The notes beneath the pieces are model-generated. The model did not search any database. It was not told where the DNA came from and was given only the letters and a program-made list of their open reading frames with translations. Below, piece after piece: positions 28,109-38,368 of a DNA stretch of 64,000 nt. Position 1 is the stretch's first letter. Every line of letters starts with the position of its first letter. Both the position numbers and the translations under genes were made by a program. The stretch comes from an uncultured Nitrososphaerota archaeon. GTDB taxonomy: Archaea > Thermoproteota > Nitrososphaeria > Nitrososphaerales > Gagatemarchaeaceae. Location: assembly GCA_963703285.1 (NCBI GenBank), contig OY969807.1:1696001-1760000 (forward strand), given 5' to 3'.

Positions 28109-28690
28109 ATGGGTTTGAGCGTGAACGTCCTGCTGCAGCGATATTTCTACGTCGACGAGGTCAAGGCTGCCCTGAGTGACATCGGAGAGTCGTCGTCAGG
28201 AAACAAGCCGCAACTAGTAAACCGCCTTGTGGCGAGCTGGCAAGCTCATAACAGGAACTTCTACGAGTTGTTCGATTACCTGGACACCCAGACACTGAGA
28301 GTCATCTCGGAGGATTATGGGCTTGATCATCACGGCGACAGATCCACCCTCTTGCGAAGAATCCGTCGAGCAGATCTGTTAGTGATTAACAAAAAGACCA
28401 ATGCCGAGAGTGAAGCAGATTCGGATTCTAAGCAGTCTCAATCGCCGCTCCCACCTGCTAAGACTGGCGTGCAACTGACTGAGGAATCACCATCTGTGTC
28501 ATCGGGTCTTTCCGAGATTCGGAGACTGCGCTTCAGATGGCCGCTCTTGGTCAGTATCGTATTGACTGCGCTGATATATTTTGTACTACCGCTTCTTGGT
28601 CTAACTGCGGTTCTTTATCACATAGGCGCTGCCACCGTTTGCTTCATTGGTCTGTGGAGTGGGCTGCGGTACCTATCCGAAAGAACATGA
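28109..28690 (+). CDS. Tandem SAP-motif protein with two C-terminal TM helices
   Basis: VDEVKAALSDIGESSSGNKPQLVNRL and TQTLRVISEDYGLDHHGDRSTLLRRI. Confidence 0.65.
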   Translation: MGLSVNVLLQRYFYVDEVKAALSDIGESSSGNKPQLVNRLVASWQAHNRNFYELFDYLDTQTLRVISEDYGLDHHGDRSTLLRRIRRADLLVINKKTNAESEADSDSKQSQSPLPPAKTGVQLTEESPSVSSGLSEIRRLRFRWPLLVSIVLTALIYFVLPLLGLTAVLYHIGAATVCFIGLWSGLRYLSERT

Positions 28691-28855
28691 ATCAAGACCT
28701 ACCAACGCCCAATCCAGTATGTTCTCGAAGTCGAGCGAGTTTAGGATTTCGAGAGTTCTCTAAGCGCAGCCGAATGTAGCTAACAGGATAACGAAGATAG
28801 AGGACACAACGATTTGTCATCAGAATGAGAAGGGCGTAAATGGCATCCCAATTCT

Positions 28856-31546
28856 GTGGTCGTGGGGATAGATTCGCCCGCCCGCTACCTCCTGTTGTTG
28901 CTTGCGCTCTTAGTGTTAGCGCCATACGTCGCTGACGTTCATGCACAACCAGCTCGCCCCGTCGAGGTCGCCACGCAGGTCTGCAGCAGCTGCCAGCCGC
29001 TCGAGCCGGATGGAGAACAGGTCCCGCCGCCACCTCGGGAGATGTCCAATGGCCCTTCTACCAGCTATGACGAGCAGTTGGGCATGACTTTCACGCAGAG
29101 CTTCACGTCCATGCTGTACAACTCAACCGCGGTTGAGCAGAGCGACTCGTCCTCAGGCGTGGGACCTGGCTACCTTCTCAACGGCCTTTCGAACACAGGT
29201 TACTGGTATCAGGTCGGTTTGGATTACAATTGGATTTACACTTCCGGCGGATACGACGCCGGATTCCACATGGGCTATGAGGTTTTCAACCCGAGTGGGA
29301 ATTCCATCTTTCCAATCGTGTGTTGCGGCGGTCTCCTCTCCTTCTCTGGTCCTGTAAACGAGGGTGATGTTGTCGCGCTGAACCTGTACTTCACAAGTTC
29401 GGGCCAGGTGGTATTCCTTGCCAAGGACTATAACACCGGTGCGTACGCCTCAGAGACGTACAGCGCCGAAGGAGCCACCTACTTCACAGGCCTGGACCAA
29501 ACCGCGAACTCATACGGTTTCTTCACCGGGCTTATGACTGAATGGTATCACCCGAGCGCATACTATGGTGGCGAGCAGGAGGTGACCTACTCCTCGACTT
29601 TTGCCCTCTCTTCCGCGTACATGTGGATGGACGAGTTCGAGTCCAACGGTCAGACCAACGGTACGTTGCTCTTTTCGGCGGGATCAGGTCTCCTCTCTTA
29701 CTCTGACCCGACACAACTGCAGGCGTTCTCTTCCAATGGCGCGACCGAGTACAGTGATGCGTACGAGTTCCTGACGGGGGCGTTGAGTCAAATTCCCCTG
29801 ACCGTGAGCTACTCCGTCCAAGGGAGCGACATCGGCTACTCGCCGCCGATTCTCACCTACGTCACAGGCGGTGAGACAAAGACTTCCACTCTTGGGACAT
29901 CGTCGTCTGTCTTCAACTGTGATCCTGGAAGTAGCTGGTCGGTTCAGCCCATGCTCGGAGGCAGCAACTCCAGCGAAAGATGGGAGACGGTTCAGGGGAC
30001 CTCCGGGACGGCTTCGGTGCCACAAGCCCTAGCCTTTGTCTACTACAACCAATACTATCCGAGTTTCCAGATTACAGCTGCCGCACAGACCAAGTTTGAT
30101 AGCGACATGACGCTCGTCATCACAGCGACTCAGTTCGGGACGCCGGGTACGTCAGTCTGCCAAATCATCACCTCGTCGGCAGCAACGGCCAGCTGCCAAG
30201 CCTGGGTCGATGAAGGCGGGCTGGTCGTCTTCCCTCAATTCCTGAACAACCCACCAGCAGACACGCGGTGGCAAAACGCAGCCGGCGCGCTTTCTGCGAG
30301 CCAGGTTCTTTCCTCTTCTAGTGTGACCGCCGACTACTACGAACAGGTCTTGGAGGCTGTCTCATACTCGATATCCGACACTACGCCCGGATACTCGGTC
30401 CCGACTCTCGATTACACGAGCCTTGGATATCAGTTGACAAACTATCCGATGTCGACGACCCCGTCGCCGGTCTGGCTCGACTACGGCACCACGTGGATGG
30501 TGACTCCCAACCTGCTAACGGGCTCAACTTCGACCCAGAGGTGGGAAGGCGCCTCCGGCACTTCGGGCCTCGCTTCACAGGGTGGGACCATCAATCCGGA
30601 ATACTTCCATCAGTTCCTCACCACTCTCAGCTATTCGGTCGTCGGAGGAGGGTCACCGGGGGCGCCGGTCATCAACGAGACTGCGTTCGGAATAACTGCT
30701 GAGGACACCCTGACATCCTCGCCTCTGCCCACATGGGTCGACTCCGGATCCATCGTGAACCTCCCATCGTCGTTGTTCCCTTCGAGCGCCTCAGAGAGGT
30801 GGGCTACGAACTCTATGCTCACCATCGAGGTCGATTCGGCCGTCACGGAGTCGGCTGTCTACCAGCACCAGTATTACGTGGAAGCCGAGAGTGCTATGAC
30901 GGGTGGGGGGTCCGTCTCGCCGGGGAGTCGGTGGTACGACGCGGCGAGCATCCTGAGCCTCATTGCCACTCCTTCCCCGAACTGGAGTCTCGGCACTTGG
31001 GTTGGAACTGGATCTGGCTCGTACTCCGGAACCAATGCCAGCCTTGCCTTCGAGGTGGAGGGGCCGGTTAACGAGACGGCGGTGTTCTATCCGGGCATCA
31101 ATCTGACGGTGGAGGCGGGCGGTTCCGTAACCTACAGTTATGGCACGACCTCGGGCCAGGCGGCACCGGGACAGCGGGTTCTTTACGTTCCGCCGGGAAC
31201 GAACGTTACCCTCGTCGCAAATCCGTCGTCCCTGCTCTACTCCTTCGGAGGGTGGGCCGCCTCGCACTCGCCTTCAGCATCGACGATGGTGATCACCGTC
31301 AGCGCGCCTACGACCACAGAGGCGAAGTTCTCCTACAACCTACTTACGATCGGGGCGCTGGTGGGAGCTGTCTTGGTCATAGCGGCAGCCATTGTTATCT
31401 ACAGAGCCAGAACGCAAGGACGGAGACATCGAGCACAAGAAAGGAAAACTTTCCATACTGGAACCTTAGAAGCTAGGTCTTCTGGCCGGAATCGATCGAC
31501 TTCACGAGTGCCATCAACTCGCTCGCAAGTCTCTTGTGCATGGTGA
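28856..31546 (+). CDS. Large cell-surface protein with repeated beta domains and a C-terminal TM anchor
   Basis: Signal peptide, repeated SYSV.G...P / ERW...YYxQY units. Confidence 0.8.
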   Translation: MVVGIDSPARYLLLLLALLVLAPYVADVHAQPARPVEVATQVCSSCQPLEPDGEQVPPPPREMSNGPSTSYDEQLGMTFTQSFTSMLYNSTAVEQSDSSSGVGPGYLLNGLSNTGYWYQVGLDYNWIYTSGGYDAGFHMGYEVFNPSGNSIFPIVCCGGLLSFSGPVNEGDVVALNLYFTSSGQVVFLAKDYNTGAYASETYSAEGATYFTGLDQTANSYGFFTGLMTEWYHPSAYYGGEQEVTYSSTFALSSAYMWMDEFESNGQTNGTLLFSAGSGLLSYSDPTQLQAFSSNGATEYSDAYEFLTGALSQIPLTVSYSVQGSDIGYSPPILTYVTGGETKTSTLGTSSSVFNCDPGSSWSVQPMLGGSNSSERWETVQGTSGTASVPQALAFVYYNQYYPSFQITAAAQTKFDSDMTLVITATQFGTPGTSVCQIITSSAATASCQAWVDEGGLVVFPQFLNNPPADTRWQNAAGALSASQVLSSSSVTADYYEQVLEAVSYSISDTTPGYSVPTLDYTSLGYQLTNYPMSTTPSPVWLDYGTTWMVTPNLLTGSTSTQRWEGASGTSGLASQGGTINPEYFHQFLTTLSYSVVGGGSPGAPVINETAFGITAEDTLTSSPLPTWVDSGSIVNLPSSLFPSSASERWATNSMLTIEVDSAVTESAVYQHQYYVEAESAMTGGGSVSPGSRWYDAASILSLIATPSPNWSLGTWVGTGSGSYSGTNASLAFEVEGPVNETAVFYPGINLTVEAGGSVTYSYGTTSGQAAPGQRVLYVPPGTNVTLVANPSSLLYSFGGWAASHSPSASTMVITVSAPTTTEAKFSYNLLTIGALVGAVLVIAAAIVIYRARTQGRRHRAQERKTFHTGTLEARSSGRNRSTSRVPSTRSQVSCAW

Positions 31547-31883
31547 ACGCGACCGCCGTCCCGCCTTGAGGGACGAGCCTGACCGTCATAGCATTGAGAA
31601 TGTCGTGTTCCAGCTCGATTCGGGCCCCTTTGAATGGAATCGCGAAGTTGTTCTTGTCTGCCGCTAGTAGCTCGTCGAGGCTCAGATTGTCGTCGTAGGG
31701 CTTAAATCGCGCCTTGTCAACTAACTCGCCGACGACAGCACCTAGGACTCCGCCTCCCAGGTTGTAGTTTCGATGGCGGCTGTCAATGAAGACGAAGCGT
31801 CGCCCTGGGCCGTCAACGTATAGCTCCCCCGGCTTGCCCTTGAAACGTGCCACGAACTTCGGATTTTTTTGTTCCTGGGCCAA
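31473..31883 (-). CDS. Hypothetical protein (PH-like fold possible)
   Basis: GGGVLGAVVG, LDELLAADKNNFAIPF. Confidence 0.6.
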   Translation of the reverse strand: MAQEQKNPKFVARFKGKPGELYVDGPGRRFVFIDSRHRNYNLGGGVLGAVVGELVDKARFKPYDDNLSLDELLAADKNNFAIPFKGARIELEHDILNAMTVRLVPQGGTAVAFTMHKRLASELMALVKSIDSGQKT

Positions 31884-32109
31884 GTTATCCGACCCCCAAC
31901 AAAAATGTCATCTTATTTAACCACTGACCTCGGACCCGTCAACTCCCAGGACCCTTCCTCGGATTGCTTGACGCGCCCCTGGAGAGACGCGGGCTTATAC
32001 GGAGGCGGACTTTGATTCGACCATAAAACGGGAAGTTGGGTGGGACACCCTACCAGAAAAAAGACGGGAAGAGAGTCGGTTTAGGCTCTCTCTTTGAGAT
32101 TGGGAATTG

Positions 32110-32268
32110 CTATCCTCCAAGAAGGGCGAGGGCGGATATCACGAGGAAGATGATTCCGACGATAGCTAGGATTGCCACCACTGCGAGTGGAAGGTACGCC
32201 GCGAATGCTACTGCTATGATCAAGAGAGCGACAGCCGCGATGATGACCCATGCGATCTCAGCACCCAT
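32110..32268 (-). CDS. Small hydrophobic membrane peptide (52 aa)
   Basis: MGAEIAWVIIAAVALLIIAVAFAAYLPLAVVAILAIVGIIFLVISALALLGG; GAGGTGA SD upstream. Confidence 0.7.
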   Translation of the reverse strand: MGAEIAWVIIAAVALLIIAVAFAAYLPLAVVAILAIVGIIFLVISALALLGG

Positions 32269-32336
32269 TGAGTTTCTCACCTCAACGGGAGTATGGTTAT
32301 GCGACGTTTCTACCTCTAACCGGCTGAGACGTCCTC

Positions 32337-32837
32337 TCAGCCATCCCGAGGAGTGGTCTCGGACTCTCCGAGAGGCTCTCTCATCTTCAGGGTTTCCTTT
32401 GCGATACCTTTCCTCAGGAACGATATGACGAAATACATGACTAGTAGAACTACGCCAGTAATAAGAACCGTAATAGGGCTCAGAGCAAATTTGAAGGCGT
32501 AATATTCGAACGCAGCGTAGACGTCGAGGACGCCGATCACTCCGATGACCAAGAGCAGGTAGTCTGGCAACCGCAAGTGGAGTATTGAATTCCGGCCCTT
32601 TTGCGTCAGTCTGTATGCCGTTCCCGTCTTGGTTTGCTTCTCCTTGACATATCCGCCATCGATGAGTTTGTTGAGGTGCGGGTTGATAGACCCGTCGCTT
32701 CGATATCCCATCTGCCTTCGGAGTTCCGCTTTACTCCCTCTGAACTTGGGGTTGATTGTGAGCCAATACAGAATGGCAATCTGAGTAGGAGGCAGCTTCC
32801 TCTCCGGCTCAGGCTCGCCATCGCCCGCCTCGGACAT
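32337..32837 (-). CDS. Winged-HTH protein with two TM helices
   Basis: SINPHLNKLIDGGYV...YRLTQKGR then two TMs. Confidence 0.75.
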   Translation of the reverse strand: MSEAGDGEPEPERKLPPTQIAILYWLTINPKFRGSKAELRRQMGYRSDGSINPHLNKLIDGGYVKEKQTKTGTAYRLTQKGRNSILHLRLPDYLLLVIGVIGVLDVYAAFEYYAFKFALSPITVLITGVVLLVMYFVISFLRKGIAKETLKMREPLGESETTPRDG

Positions 32838-33038
32838 GAGGCCGATGGACAGTGACTTGGTTATCAGGATTGCTGGTCGAAGAGGTCTGGAGAACAGAAT
32901 TCAGTATGAAAATGGTTCACGGGGTGACTTGGGCTGAATTGAGTGAAACCGTTCCGGGCGAGTATGACTCATCATCCACCGGTTATCGACGCAGGCTCTT
33001 TCGTCCTTAAATTGCACGATTGATTCTCTTTTCATTTC

Positions 33039-33254
33039 GTGGAGGACTACTACAGGAAGCGTGCCCTGGAGTACGAGGAGGTCTACCACAGGAACGATCT
33101 CCGGCGAAAGGCTGAGCTGGAGAAAATCTCGAGCACCCTGCAGGAGAAGCTGGCTGGCATGGACGTCCTCGAGGTCGCCTGCGGGACGGGATACTGGACC
33201 CAGCTCCTCTCGCGCACGGCCAAGTCCATCACGGCCATCGACATCCTTCCGTGA
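33039..33254 (+). pseudogene. Truncated class I SAM methyltransferase
   Basis: DVLEVACGTGYWTQ...ITAID then stop. Confidence 0.7.
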
Positions 33255-33337
33255 CGAGGGAAGCATCATGGCTCTCTCTAGGGGCGGGCTCCGCTTACCA
33301 TCTCTGCCGTCTGCTGTCGACAACGCGCCGGGTCAGG

Positions 33338-34390
33338 TCAGAGCCTACCCCGCCTCACGAGAGTCTTCCCAACCACCGAGAACGACCCGGCTTTGGCCGT
33401 GAAGTTCACGCCCATGGTACGGACGCCGATTACGCCGGCCGAATTTGCGTTCTGCCCGTAACCATACTTCAGGAGGGGATTCAATCCTATCGTGACTGAG
33501 GATACGCGCCTGTTCTTTCCGGCGACCTCCTCGACCTTCTTTAAAGGAGCCGATGAGCGCGAACTCTTCGCCGACACGACCTCGCCCCCATCGAGCTCCA
33601 TCGTCCCGTCCGCTATCAACCCGAAGCGCGTCACGGTCGGTGACAGGGTGAAGGTGCCCGAGACCGACTCGGGCTCCACCTCTGCGTAGACGAACCCGGG
33701 GGGGATGTAGCAGACGTTGCTTTCGTTGGCCACGTCGTGCGCGTCGACAACCCCATCGTCCACCTCCGTGATGCCCGTGAATCGCAGCTTGAGGGATGAA
33801 CCCGGTGTTTTGATCGTTCCCGCGCTCTCTTTCCCGAGCGCCCCTACGATCTCCTTCGCCTTCCTTCCGATCGAACGGTAGTCTGCGAGCGATGCCTCCA
33901 ATTGGTGTGACACCAGGGCTTCCACGGACTTTCCCAGCACCCCCTCGGCTTCCGGCCCGATGTACCCGAAGGTCATCCTTACCCCACGCAACTTCGCCTT
34001 CGATGCGGCCTTGTACCAGGCTTCGTTGTATCGCGTTGACCTCACGACCTCTTCCCGGGTAAGCCTGTGCGAATACGAGCCGAGGACCGGGCCCGGGATG
34101 AAAACGTAAACGTCGCTCCGGGACAGTAGGGCGCGTTCCTGCTTGCCCATCTCCCCAACGGTGTCGTCGGGAGACTTCTTGACGCCCTCGACGTATGCGT
34201 CTTCGTCTTCGAAGACGGTGAGAGGAACCGCGCCCATCCTCCTCGCCTCCACGACCACATGGCGGGCGAAGGGCAGCCCTGTGTTCCAGGTCTCCACCGT
34301 AAGACACTCCCCCTTCTGTAGCGATAGCGACTCGTTCAGAACCTTGCGCGCCACCCTTGCGTAGAGCCCGTCCATCGATGATTCTTTCAC
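33338..34390 (-). CDS. Aminopeptidase T (M29)-like protein
   Basis: Length and layout (SLSLQKGE.L.VETW, DDG..D, IP.G.V, IGLNP) fit the family; metal ligands look degenerate. Confidence 0.65.
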   Translation of the reverse strand: MKESSMDGLYARVARKVLNESLSLQKGECLTVETWNTGLPFARHVVVEARRMGAVPLTVFEDEDAYVEGVKKSPDDTVGEMGKQERALLSRSDVYVFIPGPVLGSYSHRLTREEVVRSTRYNEAWYKAASKAKLRGVRMTFGYIGPEAEGVLGKSVEALVSHQLEASLADYRSIGRKAKEIVGALGKESAGTIKTPGSSLKLRFTGITEVDDGVVDAHDVANESNVCYIPPGFVYAEVEPESVSGTFTLSPTVTRFGLIADGTMELDGGEVVSAKSSRSSAPLKKVEEVAGKNRRVSSVTIGLNPLLKYGYGQNANSAGVIGVRTMGVNFTAKAGSFSVVGKTLVRRGRL

Positions 34391-34483
34391 GGTCGTCCGT
34401 CAACCCTTCTTCACTTAATGCTTTGCGGGACGCTCACGACGATTAGATGGGTGGTGATGCCTCTAAGGTCCATGCCTTCGAGG

Positions 34484-34888
34484 TCATCCGCTTTCAGCCT
34501 CGTCTCTCCTCTCCGCGTCAGAAGCCACCGCGTCCATCAGCGTGGCGTAGAACTCCTTTGCCTCCCCGGGCATGAGGTCGAGGCAGCTCTCTATCGCCTG
34601 GAGCACGCGAAGCGTCGCGTCGGGAGTCGGCGCGTCCATGTCGAGGACGAACTCGTCCTTGTCGTTGACGGAGCCCTTGAACCTGATGGACGGGACGCCG
34701 CCCGCGTCGTTGGCCTTCCTCTCGATGATGTCGGACCACTCCACGAGGATTCGCGGGTCTTTCCCATATTGCAGCGCCGAGAGTTGGTCGAGGAAGTTGA
34801 AACCCCCTTCTGGAAGGCTCAATGTCTCACGGTTCTTCGAACACAGGCATCCTAATGAACCCTCGGGCGCATCGAAAATGCACGCCAT
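34484..34888 (-). CDS. Hypothetical protein
   Basis: GC3-rich coding-like ORF. Confidence 0.6.
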   Translation of the reverse strand: MACIFDAPEGSLGCLCSKNRETLSLPEGGFNFLDQLSALQYGKDPRILVEWSDIIERKANDAGGVPSIRFKGSVNDKDEFVLDMDAPTPDATLRVLQAIESCLDLMPGEAKEFYATLMDAVASDAERRDEAESG

Positions 34889-34983
34889 TCATTTGGGTTC
34901 TATATGTCTCCGGCGGGGAACCATGGATTTTGGTTCCCTCTTCTATTGGTCGTCCTTCCACACCGAGCGGTCCAACTAGAGGT

Positions 34984-35277
34984 CTAAACGATTCGCCTGA
35001 GGGCTCTTAATGAGACGACCAACAAGTACGGAGACGCGACCAGGAACATTCCCAGCTCCAGGTCGTGCTCGCCAAACGCATTCGTGAATATGATTGTCGA
35101 GTAGTTCCCCGTCGCTGATTGAAGGAGATATACGCCGAGCCAGAGAAAGTACGAGATCGCTATCATCAGGACTGAGAATGCGATGTACAGGTTCCGTATC
35201 GTTTGGAAGGCTTCTGCCATGACCGTCCTCGATCTCGTATTCTTCGTCGTCGTGGTAGTATCCTCCTCCGGCTGCAA
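34984..35277 (-). CDS. Small membrane protein
   Basis: Two TM segments around TNAFGEH..E. Confidence 0.6.
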   Translation of the reverse strand: MQPEEDTTTTTKNTRSRTVMAEAFQTIRNLYIAFSVLMIAISYFLWLGVYLLQSATGNYSTIIFTNAFGEHDLELGMFLVASPYLLVVSLRALRRIV

Positions 35278-35304
35278 GGCCGCACACCAGCTCGTTCAGA
35301 GCGC

Positions 35305-36036
35305 CTACCTCAGTGAGACGCCAGTCATCGGGTTGGGCCCAGGTGGCCATGCGGCCTGTTCAGAATCCGTCGCCTTCCCGACCATGATTTCGCAGAGATC
35401 ATTTCCCCTGGCGCAGCACTTGGTCTCACGCACATAGTGTGGGAAACCAAAGACGGTGTCCGCTATCCCCTTGCAGACTCCCGTGATGAAATAGCACTGG
35501 TCCTTCCGCTCGGCGCCTGGATTCCTGCTCCCGCAGAATATGCAGTCACGAACCCTGATGGTGATCTTGGACCCTTTCGCAAGGTCGCCCGTGAGGGAGA
35601 ACTTTCCCCAGCCGGCGGCCAGGCCCAGGTGCTCGAAGTACGATGCGACGTTCTCAGGGTCATCGGTGATGGACCGATAATCGAGGGCGATCGCGACGCC
35701 GTAAGCATTCCCCATCTCTGACAGCAGAGGCGATGCGCCCCTGAGGAAACGGGCGAGCAAGTCCTGTTCAATGAGACTCCACGCATGAGCGTTAATGATG
35801 AAGACGCGTTTGTTGGTGGGGGTAAAGACTATGGCTCCTTTCTGCTCGTCCCACCTGTAGAGCTCGGCCAAGCTTCCGGGTGGGCGCGCGGCGCTCAAGT
35901 GCTTCGCCGGGTTCAGATGGCTCGCAACCAGCAGTTCGATGAGTTCGCCGATAGTGACATTCTGCTCGGCCGCCATTTTGTTCAGCTTCTCGCGGTCTGC
36001 GTCTTCTAGCTCCACCGCGATGGGGATGCGCGTCAT
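35305..36036 (-). CDS. RHH + V4R domain protein
   Basis: GWGKF, C.FC, CYFITGVCKG, ETKCCARGNDLCEI. Confidence 0.85.
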   Translation of the reverse strand: MTRIPIAVELEDADREKLNKMAAEQNVTIGELIELLVASHLNPAKHLSAARPPGSLAELYRWDEQKGAIVFTPTNKRVFIINAHAWSLIEQDLLARFLRGASPLLSEMGNAYGVAIALDYRSITDDPENVASYFEHLGLAAGWGKFSLTGDLAKGSKITIRVRDCIFCGSRNPGAERKDQCYFITGVCKGIADTVFGFPHYVRETKCCARGNDLCEIMVGKATDSEQAAWPPGPNPMTGVSLR

Positions 36037-36145
36037 CTTCGGGGCGGCTCGGACCTTTAGCTAATTGCTGCTATGTTTGCACAAGCCTTGGAGAAAGCGA
36101 GTTTCGTCGCAATCACATCACAATCGAACACAACAGAACACCTAA

Positions 36146-36694
36146 ATGCAAGAGGGCACTGATTCGGGTCTCATGCGGAGGAGCGTCACTAGGACGCTTA
36201 GGATTGACGAAGACCTGGACACGTCGATCCAGCGAATAGCGGCCGACGAGAACGTCACAATCAATTCTCTCGTGTGCAGGACCCTCACCAAGATGGTCGA
36301 GTGGGACCGCCCGGGGCAGAAGATCGGACTTGTCTCCACTCCATCTACTCTCCTCGGGAAGTTGCTCTCAGACAGGGATGATGGAAGCTGCGAGGAACTG
36401 GGCCGGTGGGCGGCGCGGGAGGTCTTCGTCCCGTTCATTCAATTCCTCTTCGGGGAGGTCTCGGTTACCAATGCGCTCCTCTTCTTCAAGAGAGCCTCGC
36501 GCTACGGTCAGTTCACCTTCGACGAGACCGGGGATTCCGGCAAGCACATCCTAATACTGAAACAAACGCACGGGCCGAATTGGACCTCCTACTATGGCGG
36601 CCTTATGAAGGAGATATTCCACGGCGTACTGGGAAAGAAATTTGCGGCGGAATACAGAAGCGATATGCTCATCGCGCAGCTCGATACATCCTGA
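36146..36694 (+). CDS. RHH-containing regulator with a ligand-binding-like C-domain
   Basis: SVTRTLRIDEDL...A....TINSLV..L...EW. Confidence 0.75.
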   Translation: MQEGTDSGLMRRSVTRTLRIDEDLDTSIQRIAADENVTINSLVCRTLTKMVEWDRPGQKIGLVSTPSTLLGKLLSDRDDGSCEELGRWAAREVFVPFIQFLFGEVSVTNALLFFKRASRYGQFTFDETGDSGKHILILKQTHGPNWTSYYGGLMKEIFHGVLGKKFAAEYRSDMLIAQLDTS

Positions 36695-36698
36695 GCGT

Positions 36699-37205
36699 TC
36701 ATTTGATGAATGTGGTCGCCGGGAAGATGACGACGTCGTGCATTTCGATGAGTTCAACGATATCCCTCAGCAGCAGCGAAGAAAATCCCCCGTTTCTGTA
36801 GCAGCAAACCGCCGTCGCGTCCAGGTGCTCGGCGCGGTACCGCTCGTCCTTCATGACTATGTCGAAACTTTCATAGGCAAGGTGGGCCCAGTCCGCTATC
36901 CAGAGCCATTCGTCGAAGCCCTCCAAGACGAATTGTTCTCTGGCCTCGTCGAGGAGTTCGATGTAGCTCTGGAGTGGATCGGAGCCTGTCTTCACGAATA
37001 CCCGTGCATCCTGAACCAGCGTCTCAGCACTACTGGAGAGCTTCCTCTTCTCTTTACCGGGCTCCCCGCTCAGGATGCTCAGGAAGCCGTCGTCTCGCTC
37101 GCACGCCGTGATGTAGGGTTGCAGCAACCTCGAGCGTTCGGCATCGTTGAGGTATAGTAGCATGATGTGCGCCTTGTGCGGATCAACCGATTTTGCCCGA
37201 GGCAA
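36699..37205 (-). CDS. MEDS-like sensory domain protein
   Basis: HIMLLY...; AVCCY...ELIEMHDVVI. Confidence 0.7.
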   Translation of the reverse strand: MPRAKSVDPHKAHIMLLYLNDAERSRLLQPYITACERDDGFLSILSGEPGKEKRKLSSSAETLVQDARVFVKTGSDPLQSYIELLDEAREQFVLEGFDEWLWIADWAHLAYESFDIVMKDERYRAEHLDATAVCCYRNGGFSSLLLRDIVELIEMHDVVIFPATTFIK

Positions 37206-37470
37206 GTTTCCGGATTGACAGACGCTGGCTTTTCAAGTTATCTCAGCGTCCAGACTTGCGCCGGTTCGGTCTACAGCCATTGAATTTGTTTCCATGACAA
37301 AAGAGTCTATGATATGCATTTGGGTTCGTTGCTCCTCCGCCGGGAAAACTACGAATTCAAATGATCGGGCTTTGCAAAGATGTCAAACAGAAAACGTGCT
37401 TCAGCGTGAGCATTAACGATTCTGTGCAAACGCGATTTCGAAAAATTTATATTTGCTATACAACTGATGG

Positions 37471-38079
37471 TTGTATACTGAGGTGGTGAATGCGATGGAA
37501 AGCAAAATCACCAAAGCAAGGGACAAAGACAGCATTGTTCCTTCGGAGAGAAGGACGCGGATTGCAACCAGCGACGTGCCATCTTTGGCGACAAGCCTCG
37601 ATAATATCTTCGAGGACTTCCGTACCTCATTCAACGACCTCATGGCACCACTTCTAACCTCGCCACTGTTCACCGAGCCGTTCACACCATCGTTTCTTCC
37701 TTCGAGCCTGATGACCGCGCTACCAGAGACGCTAGCAGGCAGGTCCATGATCAGGTCCATGATCTTCGAGATGATGGACAAAGGGGACCACTACCAGGTC
37801 ATGGCCGAACTTCCGGGCTTCGACAAGGAAGACATCGATGTCCGCGTGGGCGAGGTTGCGCTGGAACTGAGAGCCGAGAAGAACGCGGAGAAGGAGACCG
37901 AGGACGACAAGTCTGAGGCTCGCGAGCGTGCCTACTCTGCGTTCCGCAGGGCCATTCGGTTCCCGGAACATGTCGTCCCGTCCAAGGTCGAAGGAACGAT
38001 GAAGAATGGTGTCCTCAGCCTGAGGATACCGAAGAAGGAGCCCACTTCGACTACTGTGACGAAGGTCTCTCTCAAGTAA
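37471..38079 (+). CDS. Small heat shock protein Hsp20
   Basis: AELPGFDKEDIDV, F.R.I.FPE.V, MKNGVLSLRIPK. Confidence 0.92.
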   Translation: MYTEVVNAMESKITKARDKDSIVPSERRTRIATSDVPSLATSLDNIFEDFRTSFNDLMAPLLTSPLFTEPFTPSFLPSSLMTALPETLAGRSMIRSMIFEMMDKGDHYQVMAELPGFDKEDIDVRVGEVALELRAEKNAEKETEDDKSEARERAYSAFRRAIRFPEHVVPSKVEGTMKNGVLSLRIPKKEPTSTTVTKVSLK

Positions 38080-38368
38080 GGGAGTGGACTCCTCACACAA
38101 TTTTTTTCGAAAAATCTCCTTCGAGGTGATCAATAATGAGTCGGATGCTCGCGAGGTGGGTCGCGAAACTTCGATCAAAACTGGGGGATCAAGAGGGATA
38201 CTACGTCAAGGGGAGTGGCCGGGTTTACGTACCTAGTGCCTAGACTAAACGAGATACCAACCGTCGTCAGCCAGTACCACGAGCTGGAGGTAGAGAGGGA
38301 GAGATACAAAGCGTGGTTCCGAAGAGTCTGATTCCGACAATTCTCAAGATCGAGGCGAGAACATATCC

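Noticed and set aside
31473-31546. 74-nt convergent overlap of two ORFs
   Set aside because: Most likely a lost stop in a cytoplasmic tail; no sign of function.
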